A DNA stretch of 64,000 bases from an uncultured virus (IMG/VR IMGVR_UViG_3300032093_000023) (taxonomy: Duplodnaviria > Heunggongvirae > Uroviricota > Caudoviricetes): the IMG/VR virus record IMGVR_UViG_3300032093_000023. One strand, given 5' to 3'. Of the stretch, positions 19,842-29,359 are shown one piece after another. Under the pieces are notes generated by a model that did no database searches, had not been told where the DNA came from, and worked only from the letters and a program-made list of their open reading frames with translations. The position numbers were made by a program, and so were the translations under genes. The stretch's first letter is position 1; each line of letters opens with the position of its first letter.

Positions 19842-20162
19842 TTATACAAAACTTAAATTAACTGAATCATGTTTTAAAATATGTAGAATATTAGGATTAA
19901 CTTTAAGGGTTAGTCTATCTACTTGTTGTAATACTTTCTTAGTAACTAGTTTTTTAATATAGTTATTAAAATTAAACTTATCCATATCTAAGAACATACG
20001 AACATCTGTTCTAGTATTCTTATCAATAATAGTTATCTGCTTATCAGCAATAACAACTAAGATCTCAATCTCTTTATCTGTTAAGTTACCCATAATAGGA
20101 TTCAACATCTGAATAAGATATTTAGTTTTTTGAGCTATGGGAAGTTTAAGTTTGAATTCCAT
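19842..20162 (-). CDS. Winged-helix DNA-binding protein
   Basis: LTDKEIEIL...FNNYIKKLVTKKVL...KVNP pattern. Confidence 0.55.
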   Translation of the reverse strand: MEFKLKLPIAQKTKYLIQMLNPIMGNLTDKEIEILVVIADKQITIIDKNTRTDVRMFLDMDKFNFNNYIKKLVTKKVLQQVDRLTLKVNPNILHILKHDSVNLSFV

Positions 20163-20249
20163 TATTTATCATCTTCAAAATAAGCAGAAATTAATACACT
20201 TAATCCTATTACTATAAGTACTAAATTTAAATCGTTTAATTCCATACAT

Positions 20250-20281
20250 CAAATATAACTGATTTAATTATAATAACCAAA
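20250..20281 (-). promoter_or_regulatory. Bacteroidota sigma-A-type promoter
   Basis: Minus strand TTTG-N20-TATATTTG, a perfect match to TTTG-N19-21-TAnnTTTG. Confidence 0.75.
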
Positions 20282-20302
20282 TAAATTATATAACTAAGTT
20301 AA

Positions 20303-20674
20303 TTATCTAGTTATTCCATATTGTATCAATTTATGGGAATCTGGATGCATTGTTAAATATCTAACTACTTCCTCATAAAATACAGATTGAAATACTTCTA
20401 AATGGTCTACTGTTAGATCATAATTCTTTCTTAAAACAACTTTATTAAATCCTATATCAATTTTAGTTGGTTTATACCATAAAGTAAAACATACCCCTTT
20501 ACCTTCATTTGTTGTCCATTCATCTATTTCAAATCTACCATATCCAGGTTTAGATCTTACTTTGCTATCAGCATCTTTGTTTACTATATCTAATAGTTGT
20601 TGTATAAACTCTTTACTTATTTCCATAATTTTTATTTTGAATTGAACACAATATTCCCCTTCCAGTTTGTACAC
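20303..20674 (-). CDS. Hypothetical protein (probable true start at the internal MEISKE)
   Basis: ORF track; AT-rich leader before the internal ATG. Confidence 0.5.
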   Translation of the reverse strand: MYKLEGEYCVQFKIKIMEISKEFIQQLLDIVNKDADSKVRSKPGYGRFEIDEWTTNEGKGVCFTLWYKPTKIDIGFNKVVLRKNYDLTVDHLEVFQSVFYEEVVRYLTMHPDSHKLIQYGITR

Positions 20675-20981
20675 CAGATGTTAGGATTAATTATAAACTT
20701 ATATCTATCTGTCTTTAACCGTTCCAGTTACCTGGCCACTGCTTACTTTAACCCTGTTAATTCAGGAGGATACTTCATACCTCTTGTAGCAGTTATAGAA
20801 TTTCATTTATAACCTTTTTTTGTACCTATCGGAGAAACCTCAACCCTTATGTTTAGATGTTATTTCAATCTCAGAGTTTACTATCCAACTTCTAAGCAAG
20901 TGTTAACTTTTTGGGTATTCCTTGCTGAATTACTTCTTCAGTAATAGTACAGTATAAATATAAGCTTTTTCTAGGACACTA

Positions 20982-21167
20982 TCAAATTTCAGGTGTTAAA
21001 TCTTTAGAAATATCTTTAATTTCTAAATCGGATTCTGGAGTAATTATGGGTGCTTGCCCTTCTAATGAAGAATCCCACCAAACTATCCCTTTTTCTTTTA
21101 CCCAATATAGAAATTCTGTAATTTCCATTTGATTAGGTTTTGATTTTAAATCATATACTAGTTTCAT
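20982..21167 (-). CDS. Hypothetical protein
   Basis: ORF track. Confidence 0.45.
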   Translation of the reverse strand: MKLVYDLKSKPNQMEITEFLYWVKEKGIVWWDSSLEGQAPIITPESDLEIKDISKDLTPEI

Positions 21168-21168
21168 A

Positions 21169-21381
21169 TTATTCTTCAGTTATAGGACTAGTCCCAGTTA
21201 ATAAATAAAACTTATTGATTTTCTCAGCCATGATTAACTTCTCATTGATATGATCCATATCCTCATAATCTAGTTTATCGTTATAGTGTTTCTTAGTTAC
21301 ACCCATTTTAAGGTAAATTGATCCATCAGGTAATATACCTATGATTTGATGATCGTTGAAATTTTTAGATTTTGTTCTCAT
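21169..21381 (-). CDS. Hypothetical protein
   Basis: ORF track; TAATG coupling. Confidence 0.5.
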   Translation of the reverse strand: MRTKSKNFNDHQIIGILPDGSIYLKMGVTKKHYNDKLDYEDMDHINEKLIMAEKINKFYLLTGTSPITEE

Positions 21382-21851
21382 TATTTAATATTTAATTGTT
21401 GCATTAGTTTAATTAATTCTGATTTGTTTTTAATTTTAAATCTCATAACCCATTCTCCAGGTACATAAGATGAATATGCTTGTATTTTAATAACCCAATT
21501 ATCATCTTGTTGAATTAACCAATAATGAATACCATTGTTAAATCCAAACTCTTCTGTTTTTTGAAAAGTCATTAATTGTCTTCCTGTAAATGGTGATTTT
21601 TTAGAATCTCTTAATTCCCAACCTAAACTTTCTATATCAGATTGGTCTAGGTATTTAACTCTAACTGTTCTAATTCCTCCTAATAATTCTTCTTCAAACC
21701 AACTATCTGATCTTTCATAATCTGGTCCATCAGATTTATAATCTTGTATTCTCATTTTAGATTCTTCCCACCTATCTCCATTCATATATTCATATCCAAA
21801 TCCTACATGAAACTCTTCTATTGTAGGTGTATAGTATAAGTTATTTTCCAT
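21381..21851 (-). CDS. Hypothetical phage protein
   Basis: YYTPTIEEFHVGFGYE ... RVKYLDQSDIESLGW ... IKNKSELIKLM pattern familiar from Bacteroidota phages. Confidence 0.6.
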   Translation of the reverse strand: MENNLYYTPTIEEFHVGFGYEYMNGDRWEESKMRIQDYKSDGPDYERSDSWFEEELLGGIRTVRVKYLDQSDIESLGWELRDSKKSPFTGRQLMTFQKTEEFGFNNGIHYWLIQQDDNWVIKIQAYSSYVPGEWVMRFKIKNKSELIKLMQQLNIK

Positions 21852-22016
21852 TTGTATAATCTTTAGGTAATGTTGATTTATTAGATTGTTTAATTATTGT
21901 TTGGTGTAAAGCTTCTTCTAGTCTATAGGTTATAATATCATACAGATGTTTATGTTTAATCCTAATATCTACAGGTTCATCTACCCAAAACTGTTGTTGT
22001 TTATATTCATTGTTAC

Positions 22017-22199
22017 TCATTGTTGCTCATTGTTAAATAATTGTTCTACTTTAATTCTTATTTCTACTTTACCACTAGCACCATTCTTAAATTCTTTCCA
22101 CTCTTCAATAGGTAAAAATTTAGATTTACTTCCTAAGTAAATAGTTACATTTCCTAATGGGTGATTATATACAAACATTATTGGGTCTTGTTCTACCAT
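22017..22199 (-). CDS. Hypothetical protein
   Basis: ORF track, co-directional. Confidence 0.45.
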   Translation of the reverse strand: MVEQDPIMFVYNHPLGNVTIYLGSKSKFLPIEEWKEFKNGASGKVEIRIKVEQLFNNEQQ

Positions 22200-22408
22200 G
22201 AGAATTGTTCTTTAGGTCCATTAATAAAGTATTCTTCTAATATCTTGTTTCTAGCTATAATGTAATCAGCACCAGTTCCTTCTACTCTAGTAGCAGGTTT
22301 AATAATATTAGTATATTCTACAGTAGTAACTGTATGTCTTATGACTTCTCCTAACATAATAGTAGTATGTTCTAAGTCTGGAGTACGGTGTAATATCTTA
22401 ATTTCCAT
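22193..22408 (-). CDS. Hypothetical protein
   Basis: ORF track; promoter directly upstream. Confidence 0.5.
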   Translation of the reverse strand: MEIKILHRTPDLEHTTIMLGEVIRHTVTTVEYTNIIKPATRVEGTGADYIIARNKILEEYFINGPKEQFSW

Positions 22409-22412
22409 GATC

Positions 22413-22444
22413 TAAAGGTAACTAATAATTAACTAATTACCAAA
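22413..22444 (-). promoter_or_regulatory. Bacteroidota-type promoter, near-leaderless
   Basis: Minus strand TTTG-N20-TACCTTTA, 4 nt before the ATG of 22193..22408. Confidence 0.65.
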
Positions 22445-22593
22445 TACTCGTCCCAATTATCTTATATTTTGGGGACATAGAATATAGCTTTAATAGGTTT
22501 CATTTTATGAAAAATTCATGCAAAGTTGTAACAAAAGTAGTAAGTATTTGTTACACGGGAATGTGTATTATAGTGCATAAATGGGTATGAGAT

Positions 22594-23148
22594 TTAAGAT
22601 TTATCAGTGTTAGATAGTTTAAGGTATTCTACGGCTTTTAATAATAAAATTGAATTATCCTTAAACATACCCAATCCTGAATTACAATTAGAGCATAATA
22701 AACCCCTTACTAATCCTGTATCATGACAGTGATCTATTGATAATTTTCTATGGTAAGTATTACAAATCAAGCAGTTACCTTGTTGAGTACTATACAATTT
22801 ATCATAATCTTCTATCGTCATATCATAGTTAGATTTTAATTTTTGTTTTCTCTTTCTTAGAGACTCTTTAATAGGGTTAGCTTTTCTTTTTATTGCTTTG
22901 TATTTATTTCTGCATACTTTACAACTAGATTGAGTACTTCCTGTATTTTTATTGATAATTGAAAAACAAGATATATCTTTAGATTCTGTACATGTGGTGC
23001 ATATTTTTAAACCCTCTACAATAGGTTTATGTGGTTTATGACCATATCTACATTCTTTACAAAACCCTAAATACCCGTCTTTGTTTACTGAACACTGATT
23101 AAAATCAGTAAGTTCTTTTTCTACTTTACATTTTTTACATATTTTCAT
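22594..23148 (-). CDS. Endonuclease VII-like (His-Me finger) nuclease, probably a free-standing homing endonuclease
   Basis: Two CxxC...CxxC zinc repeats plus QQGNCLIC...IDHCHDTGLVRGLLCSNCNSGLG. Confidence 0.85.
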   Translation of the reverse strand: MKICKKCKVEKELTDFNQCSVNKDGYLGFCKECRYGHKPHKPIVEGLKICTTCTESKDISCFSIINKNTGSTQSSCKVCRNKYKAIKRKANPIKESLRKRKQKLKSNYDMTIEDYDKLYSTQQGNCLICNTYHRKLSIDHCHDTGLVRGLLCSNCNSGLGMFKDNSILLLKAVEYLKLSNTDKS

Positions 23149-23152
23149 AATA

Positions 23153-23185
23153 TAAAGATAAGCATTATTTAGTTATTTTTACAAA
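23153..23185 (-). promoter_or_regulatory. Bacteroidota-type promoter for the endoVII gene
   Basis: Minus strand TTTG-N21-TATCTTTA, 4 nt before the ATG. Confidence 0.65.
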
Positions 23186-23318
23186 TATTAATCACCAAAA
23201 ATTTTATTTTTTTTCAAAATTTTCAATGTATATAAGGATTTCCAGCACCCCCAATTTCCATCCCCCACTAAACTTTGAGAGAAAATCATTTCCTTTATAA
23301 CTTTAAAACTATCACATT

Positions 23319-23555
23319 ATGAAAACTTTATTAGAGTATTTAAAAGAATTAGGTGCAGTTAAAGCATCTATTATTGCTGGTCCAAATGGTAAATTTATTA
23401 GCTATGAATTAGCTAGTGGTGCTAAAGCTACATTACCAGTTGGTAAAAGGTCTTATGATGGTACATTATCAACATTTAATGTATTGATTACTGAAGAGGG
23501 ACAAGCTATTGCTACTGTCAACTCTTATGTAGAAGAGGAGACTATGTCATTATAG
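23319..23555 (+). CDS. Hypothetical protein, first gene of the rightward early region
   Basis: ORF track; AT-rich leader. Confidence 0.6.
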   Translation: MKTLLEYLKELGAVKASIIAGPNGKFISYELASGAKATLPVGKRSYDGTLSTFNVLITEEGQAIATVNSYVEEETMSL

Positions 23556-24066
23556 TATTGAGTGAGAGCCTAGTGCTCTCCTCTTTATTTAATTCTAATT
23601 CAAATCCAATTAACCAATTAACCTTATATATTATGTTAACTCTAACAATAATTCCAAACTTATCTAACAAATTATCTGATAATCAGTTAGTTAAATCAAT
23701 ATTCATTTGCTTAGCAATGGATTTTGTTATACTATTAGCTTGTATTAATCTTTAACAACACTTAAATATATAACTCTCTCCAACTGCTTTGGAGTTAATT
23801 GAGATGTTTACATCTTAGTTAAGCTTGTGGAATAGACCACTGAGGAGAGTTTATATTTAATTTAGAGTAATCTACTAGTTTAGTAGGAATTAATGCTCTG
23901 AAAGGCTTGAAAACATTGGGAATTATGGAATAGTAGATGGAGTACACTCCTCTCCCTCACCTTTTAACCCTAATCCTAACTTATCCTATAATTATATCCT
24001 CTTATATACACATAGCTTAATTAACAACTTATAAACCAATTATTAACCTCTAAAAACTATCCAACT

Positions 24067-24258
24067 ATGAACACTTTACAACGTACTACTAAAAATGGTA
24101 GACCAATTATCAACAGACAAACTAAATTACCTGAATATGCATTCAGTGTACATAACAGATTAAATACTGTTAAACGTGAATTAGGTTATGTAAACAACAA
24201 ACCTAGTCATGACCAAATTTGGGCATCAATATGTGTTGGTGTCTCACTATTAACCTAA
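24067..24258 (+). CDS. Hypothetical protein
   Basis: ORF track. Confidence 0.45.
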   Translation: MNTLQRTTKNGRPIINRQTKLPEYAFSVHNRLNTVKRELGYVNNKPSHDQIWASICVGVSLLT

Positions 24259-24607
24259 CTAAATATCTATTACATATTCCACTGTAAACCATTATATAAC
24301 AAGGACTTGTGCAAGTATCAAGTATTATATTAATGTTTGTGGGTATGTAATAGATTATCAATATTAAACAGTTAAAGAGTGGCAGATGTAGAAATACATG
24401 CAGATTTAGTTTATACTATATGTTTCCGCCTAACTGTTTATACCAAATTAATCATTTAAAACTAAATAATTATGAAAACATTTCTATTATTCTGTAAAAT
24501 GTTACATGTTAAAGAAAATACACATGAATATAATTACAGAAAAATTTACCCTAAATTAAATGCTTTAACAAATTAAATAAATTATTAACTAATTAAAAAC
24601 TATTACA

Positions 24608-24853
24608 ATGGAATCAAACTTATTACACATCATTGGATTCATATCCATATTATTCTATTTAGGTAATATGATAGCAGACTTTTGTATTGAAAGACCATTA
24701 TCTGCACACATTGGATATGGATTAATATGTATTGTTACGTCATATTATATTAATCAAATATTAGGACTTACAATATCATTTGTATTTGTAGTCTATTCAT
24801 TACTAATTCTAACTATTTATGTTGAATCAATTAAATCTAAACGTCATGCCTAA
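24608..24853 (+). CDS. Small multi-pass membrane protein
   Basis: Three hydrophobic segments. Confidence 0.5.
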   Translation: MESNLLHIIGFISILFYLGNMIADFCIERPLSAHIGYGLICIVTSYYINQILGLTISFVFVVYSLLILTIYVESIKSKRHA

Positions 24854-25123
24854 ACTAACTAAAGAAGAAATACATTATTACAGATTTCATCAAATATGTT
24901 TATCTGAATACACATACCTATATGCTTCAGTATTATACTCTTAAACAACATTAAACAATCAACAAGCTCTCATATAATCTAATTAGCTATTTATAGCATT
25001 CAGACTTGGTCTATACATTAGTTATATCATCTTGTTAATTGTTGGATAGTCTTGACATAGACTTAAACTTTGTCAAACAATTAATAAATCAATAAATCAA
25101 TTAACAATTAAAAACAAGAAATC

Positions 25124-25552
25124 ATGTCAAAATTAATCGTAAAATCAAACCCAAACACAGGCTTAGTAATCAATGTATCTGAAAAAACTCCTAACTGGGG
25201 TTCAGTAATGGTAGCAGAAGACAGTTTTGTAATTAATGGTGGAATCATTAATAAACAAACTCGTACAGCTTTCTTTAGAGCTGAATTAGCAACTTTAAAT
25301 GCTATGAACTTGGCAGCAGGTTCAGAATTTCCTATTGAAGGAAAATTAATCCATCGTGAAGCTACTGCTCCTTTCTATAAAGGACAAAAGCCTAAAACTC
25401 AAGGTAAGGATGGTGGTGTATTATTATACAATGGTATGCCTATTTATCGTGAAACAGTATTTACTTCAGAAATAGCTGAAGTAGATTTGTTAATCAAACA
25501 TACTTCTGTAGCTCCAGTTGCAGTAAGTTCTCAACAACCACTTAACTCTTAG
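25124..25552 (+). CDS. Hypothetical beta-rich protein
   Basis: 142 aa; strong AT-rich leader ttaacaattaaaa. Confidence 0.6.
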   Translation: MSKLIVKSNPNTGLVINVSEKTPNWGSVMVAEDSFVINGGIINKQTRTAFFRAELATLNAMNLAAGSEFPIEGKLIHREATAPFYKGQKPKTQGKDGGVLLYNGMPIYRETVFTSEIAEVDLLIKHTSVAPVAVSSQQPLNS

Positions 25553-25562
25553 TAGTTAGTGT

Positions 25563-25608
25563 GAACTAGTTTTGGAATAAAGGAGGGTTCGATTCCCTCC
25601 ACTAGTTC
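25563..25608 (+). ncRNA. tRNA minihelix-like element (acceptor stem plus T arm only)
   Basis: gaactagt/actagttc stem enclosing ggaggg-TTCGATT-ccctcc; no D arm or anticodon arm. Confidence 0.5.
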
Positions 25609-26410
25609 TTATATTGAGTTTATGTGATAGTTTCCTCAATACAGTTTAAGTATTCTGTAAAAATACTCCTTGTAGGTTAGTTGGTCAAACCTTACTTTAA
25701 AATATTGTAACATTAGTTACTAAAGATGATAGTTAGGTGGTGTATTTGGTAGTTCTTATACAACATACTATACGTGAGGTGGTTTAATATCTTTCCACCA
25801 GTTAGTCCAAAACTAAAAGATAATATTATATAACTTGTTGAAACAAAGTCTTACTAACTTTAAAGTAAATAAGTTATATTTTATTTAAAACATTAAAACA
25901 ATAAATTATGAAAAATATAATAAAGCTTAAAGAAGTAATGTCATTTAATGAATGTCAATATTTACTTAAAATGAATCCTTGGCAATATGATAATAAAATA
26001 CTTTACAAAAGAAGAAAGAGACTTAAAAATAAGTATTTTTATTTAATAATTGAAAGAGGTCATAATCATTGTACAAAAAATTAATCAGAGTAACTTTTGT
26101 GATACTGATTAATAATAAACTCTTATCCAATTGTAGAATAAATAGTTCAACTGAATTTAGAACACCTATCTTAAGTAGGAGGTATAGCCAAGGTACAACC
26201 TTGTAAGAGTTTATTTAAAACAAATTAAAATATAATATCCCTAATAAATATTCTAACAAAACTTAGTGGTTGTCCATTAACTTGGTAGTTGTATATAATT
26301 ATTAGTCGTTTTCTCATTATATACACAAATATGAAACCACCAAACAAGTGAGAGGCTTGTTCTTTTTAAATAATTCAATCAAAATATAAATCAACTAAAA
26401 CCTAGAAATC

Positions 26411-26887
26411 ATGAAAGAATCAGTGAAAATCAAATTGCTATTTATAAGCTTAATGCTTATTGTAATGTCTGCATGTGCATTTGCACAACAATCAGGTTTT
26501 GATACTAACATATCTAAAACTAGATCTCAATTAAAACAATTAGAAAAAACTAAAATCAAATTAGATTTATCTGTATTTGTAGATGATCAATCAATTGATG
26601 ATACATCATATGTATTAAATATTGTAAACTACAACAATGGTGTATTAACATCAATGCATGTATCTAACAAATTTGTATTATTTTTAGATTACTCTACTGA
26701 ATATGAAATATCAATAAATTATAAAAATACTAACACTAAAGTAATAATTGTTAATACTGAAGCTACCTACAATAATTGGTATATTGTAACATCTGTTGCA
26801 TTAACTTCAGGTGTAAATGATAGGATTTTAGCAGGTGGAATTAAATTTGATTATGAATTAAACACATTTAAAAAATATAAAAACTAA
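26411..26887 (+). CDS. Exported protein with signal peptide
   Basis: Basic N-terminus, hydrophobic core, AFA|Q cleavage site typical of Bacteroidota. Confidence 0.6.
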   Translation: MKESVKIKLLFISLMLIVMSACAFAQQSGFDTNISKTRSQLKQLEKTKIKLDLSVFVDDQSIDDTSYVLNIVNYNNGVLTSMHVSNKFVLFLDYSTEYEISINYKNTNTKVIIVNTEATYNNWYIVTSVALTSGVNDRILAGGIKFDYELNTFKKYKN

Positions 26888-26932
26888 TTAACGAGTCAGA
26901 TTAATTTCTGACTCACTTTAAAATAAAATACT

Positions 26933-27346
26933 ATGAATAAAATATTTAAAATTAAATTATTGACAATATTATTCTCAATAATTTTAACCAACACATTTAG
27001 TCAATCAATAACAACTGAAATAGCACAATATTGTGATTATGATACAACATTAGATTTATGGAAAGATTGTACAATGGATTATAATCATACTTCATTATTT
27101 GTAATCAATGAACAAGAAACAATGATTACACATATAACAATAGATAATAAATCAACATATTATATTACTGATAAAACAGTAGAGTTTAATGAAAAAAAAG
27201 AGAAAGTATGGATGTATACAGTAAATAGTGATTTAGGTAAACAATATATTGTTAAAATAAACCCTATTGCTAGAACTATATTATGTGTATATTCTGTAGA
27301 TAATGAAATTAAAGGAACTACTTTTACAATTAAATCAATATTTTAA
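26933..27346 (+). CDS. Exported protein with signal peptide
   Basis: Hydrophobic core then TFS|Q cleavage site. Confidence 0.6.
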   Translation: MNKIFKIKLLTILFSIILTNTFSQSITTEIAQYCDYDTTLDLWKDCTMDYNHTSLFVINEQETMITHITIDNKSTYYITDKTVEFNEKKEKVWMYTVNSDLGKQYIVKINPIARTILCVYSVDNEIKGTTFTIKSIF

Positions 27347-27597
27347 TATTGGTAATTTTGAGATTGGAGTTAAATGAGCAATTAATTACTTATAACGATT
27401 GAGTATAAATGAAGTAAACGTGAACAAAGAAGCCTATAGAAGTTGAGCCATTAATCAACCATGTGGAGGTGTAATAAACCACAGAAAAAACACCACGTTT
27501 ATTTCTTTTATACTTTGTTATAAAATTGTTTTAATGTTTTAACGTTCTCCAGCTTGTTGCAGTTGCAGATAATTAATTACTTAATAAAACAAAAATT

Positions 27598-27858
27598 ATG
27601 GATATTACAGAAAGAATACATAACGCAATAGAGTGGGCAAATAAACGCCTAACATTACAAGGTCAAGAACTTTCACAAGAACAAAAAAACTATTTAACTT
27701 TTGCCTTATCACAGAATTTTACTAACAATTACCAAGCCTTGCAATTGCAACAAACCGATGTTATAAAATCGGAGTGTGAACACGATTGGAAATGTATATC
27801 ATATATTTCACCATCAGGTGTTTGGACTTGCACTAAATGTAAGAAAACGGTAGGGTGA
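27598..27858 (+). CDS. Cassette-array ORF spanning hairpin 2, Cys-rich C-terminus
   Basis: Starts in the hairpin loop; LQLQQTDV is the translated right arm; CEHDW..C..WTCTKC tail. Confidence 0.6.
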   Translation: MDITERIHNAIEWANKRLTLQGQELSQEQKNYLTFALSQNFTNNYQALQLQQTDVIKSECEHDWKCISYISPSGVWTCTKCKKTVG

Positions 27859-27876
27859 CTGTAAAAACATAAAATT

Positions 27877-28143
27877 ATGATAACATTAACTTATAAAAAA
27901 GAAGTGACAAAAAAGAAAACTATAAAACGAATTGTAGTTGATTTTATTAATAACTATAAATACAAATGGATTCACCAAAATTTTACTGCCAATTGGAGCA
28001 ACTTAAAATTATATCCGAGGTTTTGGTTAAACAAAAGTATCGACACTCCAAACTTTAATCATTGGAGTTTTACAATTCGTTTTTTATGGTGGTATTTTGG
28101 AATACAAAAGAAATTTATTAATGAGCAGAATTTAGACGATTAA
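27877..28143 (+). CDS. Cassette-array hypothetical protein
   Basis: ORF ends just before hairpin 3. Confidence 0.55.
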   Translation: MITLTYKKEVTKKKTIKRIVVDFINNYKYKWIHQNFTANWSNLKLYPRFWLNKSIDTPNFNHWSFTIRFLWWYFGIQKKFINEQNLDD

Positions 28144-28146
28144 CTA

Positions 28147-28675
28147 GTGCGGTGGGGTGCAATTACCGCTAACGGAATCAAGCTATGCGCTGTTAGCGCG
28201 GATTGTGCGTTGAAAATAGCGCATAGGTTGTGTTAGCGGTTAGTTGCACAGCGAAGGAATAGAAACAATTTAAACAATATACAAATGGAAAAATTAAGAG
28301 TAAACAGATTTAATGATAGAGTAGCAGAAATAATATACTTCATCATCGAGCCAAGATTAAATTTAGTGTACGGAATTGTTGGCGAAACAGAAACCAAGCT
28401 AAAATACTATGATGTGTGCATAGCCCCTTTTTGGAGTGATTTTCAAAACACAACAGTTTATGAAATGGCAGTTAATCCAACAGGAGAACGCTATGAAACT
28501 GGTGAGCCTGCCACTATCAAAAAGGAATTATTAACGGAGGGTATTTTCGCCAACAAACTTGATATTACTAAAAGCAGAGATGAAGTATATTATTTGCTTA
28601 CAGGTAAAAGAAAGAAAGCTATTTACACGAATGTTATCGGGTAACCCGTGCGGTAGGGTGCAATTACCGCTAACG
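28147..28675 (+). repeat. 28 bp direct repeat (28147-28174 and 28648-28675, one mismatch)
   Basis: gtgcggtggggtgcaattaccgctaacg versus gtgcggtagggtgcaattaccgctaacg; partial third copy cggtagggtg at 27847-27856. Confidence 0.9.
28285..28644 (+). CDS. Cassette-borne hypothetical protein
   Basis: Single ORF between hairpins 3 and 4. Confidence 0.65.
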   Translation: MEKLRVNRFNDRVAEIIYFIIEPRLNLVYGIVGETETKLKYYDVCIAPFWSDFQNTTVYEMAVNPTGERYETGEPATIKKELLTEGIFANKLDITKSRDEVYYLLTGKRKKAIYTNVIG

Positions 28676-28758
28676 TTTTGCGTATAAGAGCCGTTTTTTC
28701 AATGGATTTTATACGCTGTTATAGGTAGGTTGTAACGAATGTTTAATTAGTACAAAAT

Positions 28759-28890
28759 ATGAAAAATAAGATTATGAAAATTATTAGAATTGAAAACAAT
28801 AAAAAGAAGTGGAAAGTAAAAAGATTGAAAGAAGGATTACTTTTCTATGAACGAATAGAAAAAAAGTTTGTTATGTTAAAATGTTTCTAA
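28759..28890 (+). CDS. Cassette-borne 43 aa basic peptide (not in ORF track)
   Basis: MKNKIMKIIRIENNKKKWKVKRLKEGLLFYERIEKKFVMLKCF between hairpins 4 and 5. Confidence 0.45.
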   Translation: MKNKIMKIIRIENNKKKWKVKRLKEGLLFYERIEKKFVMLKCF

Positions 28891-28982
28891 ATGATACGCA
28901 ACTTACCTATAACGGCAGCGAATTGGCGACAGGCCGTAAATAAAACACAGCATATTGGCATTAACGCTCGGCTTGCGCCAAT

Positions 28983-29291
28983 TTGTTGTTACCACTTCGT
29001 TTTGCAAGCGTGGGCAAAATAAAAATTAAAAAGATGATTGAAAACATTAAAGAACATTTATCAGATTACAAATGGATTTACATTATTACCATTGTATTAT
29101 TATCACTAATTGGATGGTGGATTTGGTATGAATATGCTTATCCGTGTGTTTATGGACACTATGAAGAACAATGGCAACAAACATATATTTATGCAGCAGA
29201 TGGTAGTATGACACCAATGGGAGGTTATTGGCAAGATGTATTCATTTGTGATTGTAGAACAGTACGCGATAGCGTGTCGGATGCAAAATGA
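28983..29291 (+). CDS. Cassette-borne single-pass membrane protein (probable start at the internal MIENIK)
   Basis: TM segment WIYIITIVLLSLIGWWIW; lies between hairpins 5 and 6. Confidence 0.6.
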   Translation: MLLPLRFASVGKIKIKKMIENIKEHLSDYKWIYIITIVLLSLIGWWIWYEYAYPCVYGHYEEQWQQTYIYAADGSMTPMGGYWQDVFICDCRTVRDSVSDAK

Positions 29292-29359
29292 GTGGTAACG
29301 TGCCGCAGCCTTATTTAGTGCGGGCTTAAAAGCACTATGTTAATTTAAAACCGAATATT

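Noticed and set aside
20597..23755. ORFs 20597(+), 21946(+) and 23558(+)
   Set aside because: Non-standard starts or opposite orientation to the surrounding operon; at most a shorter peptide within 23558..23755 is plausible.
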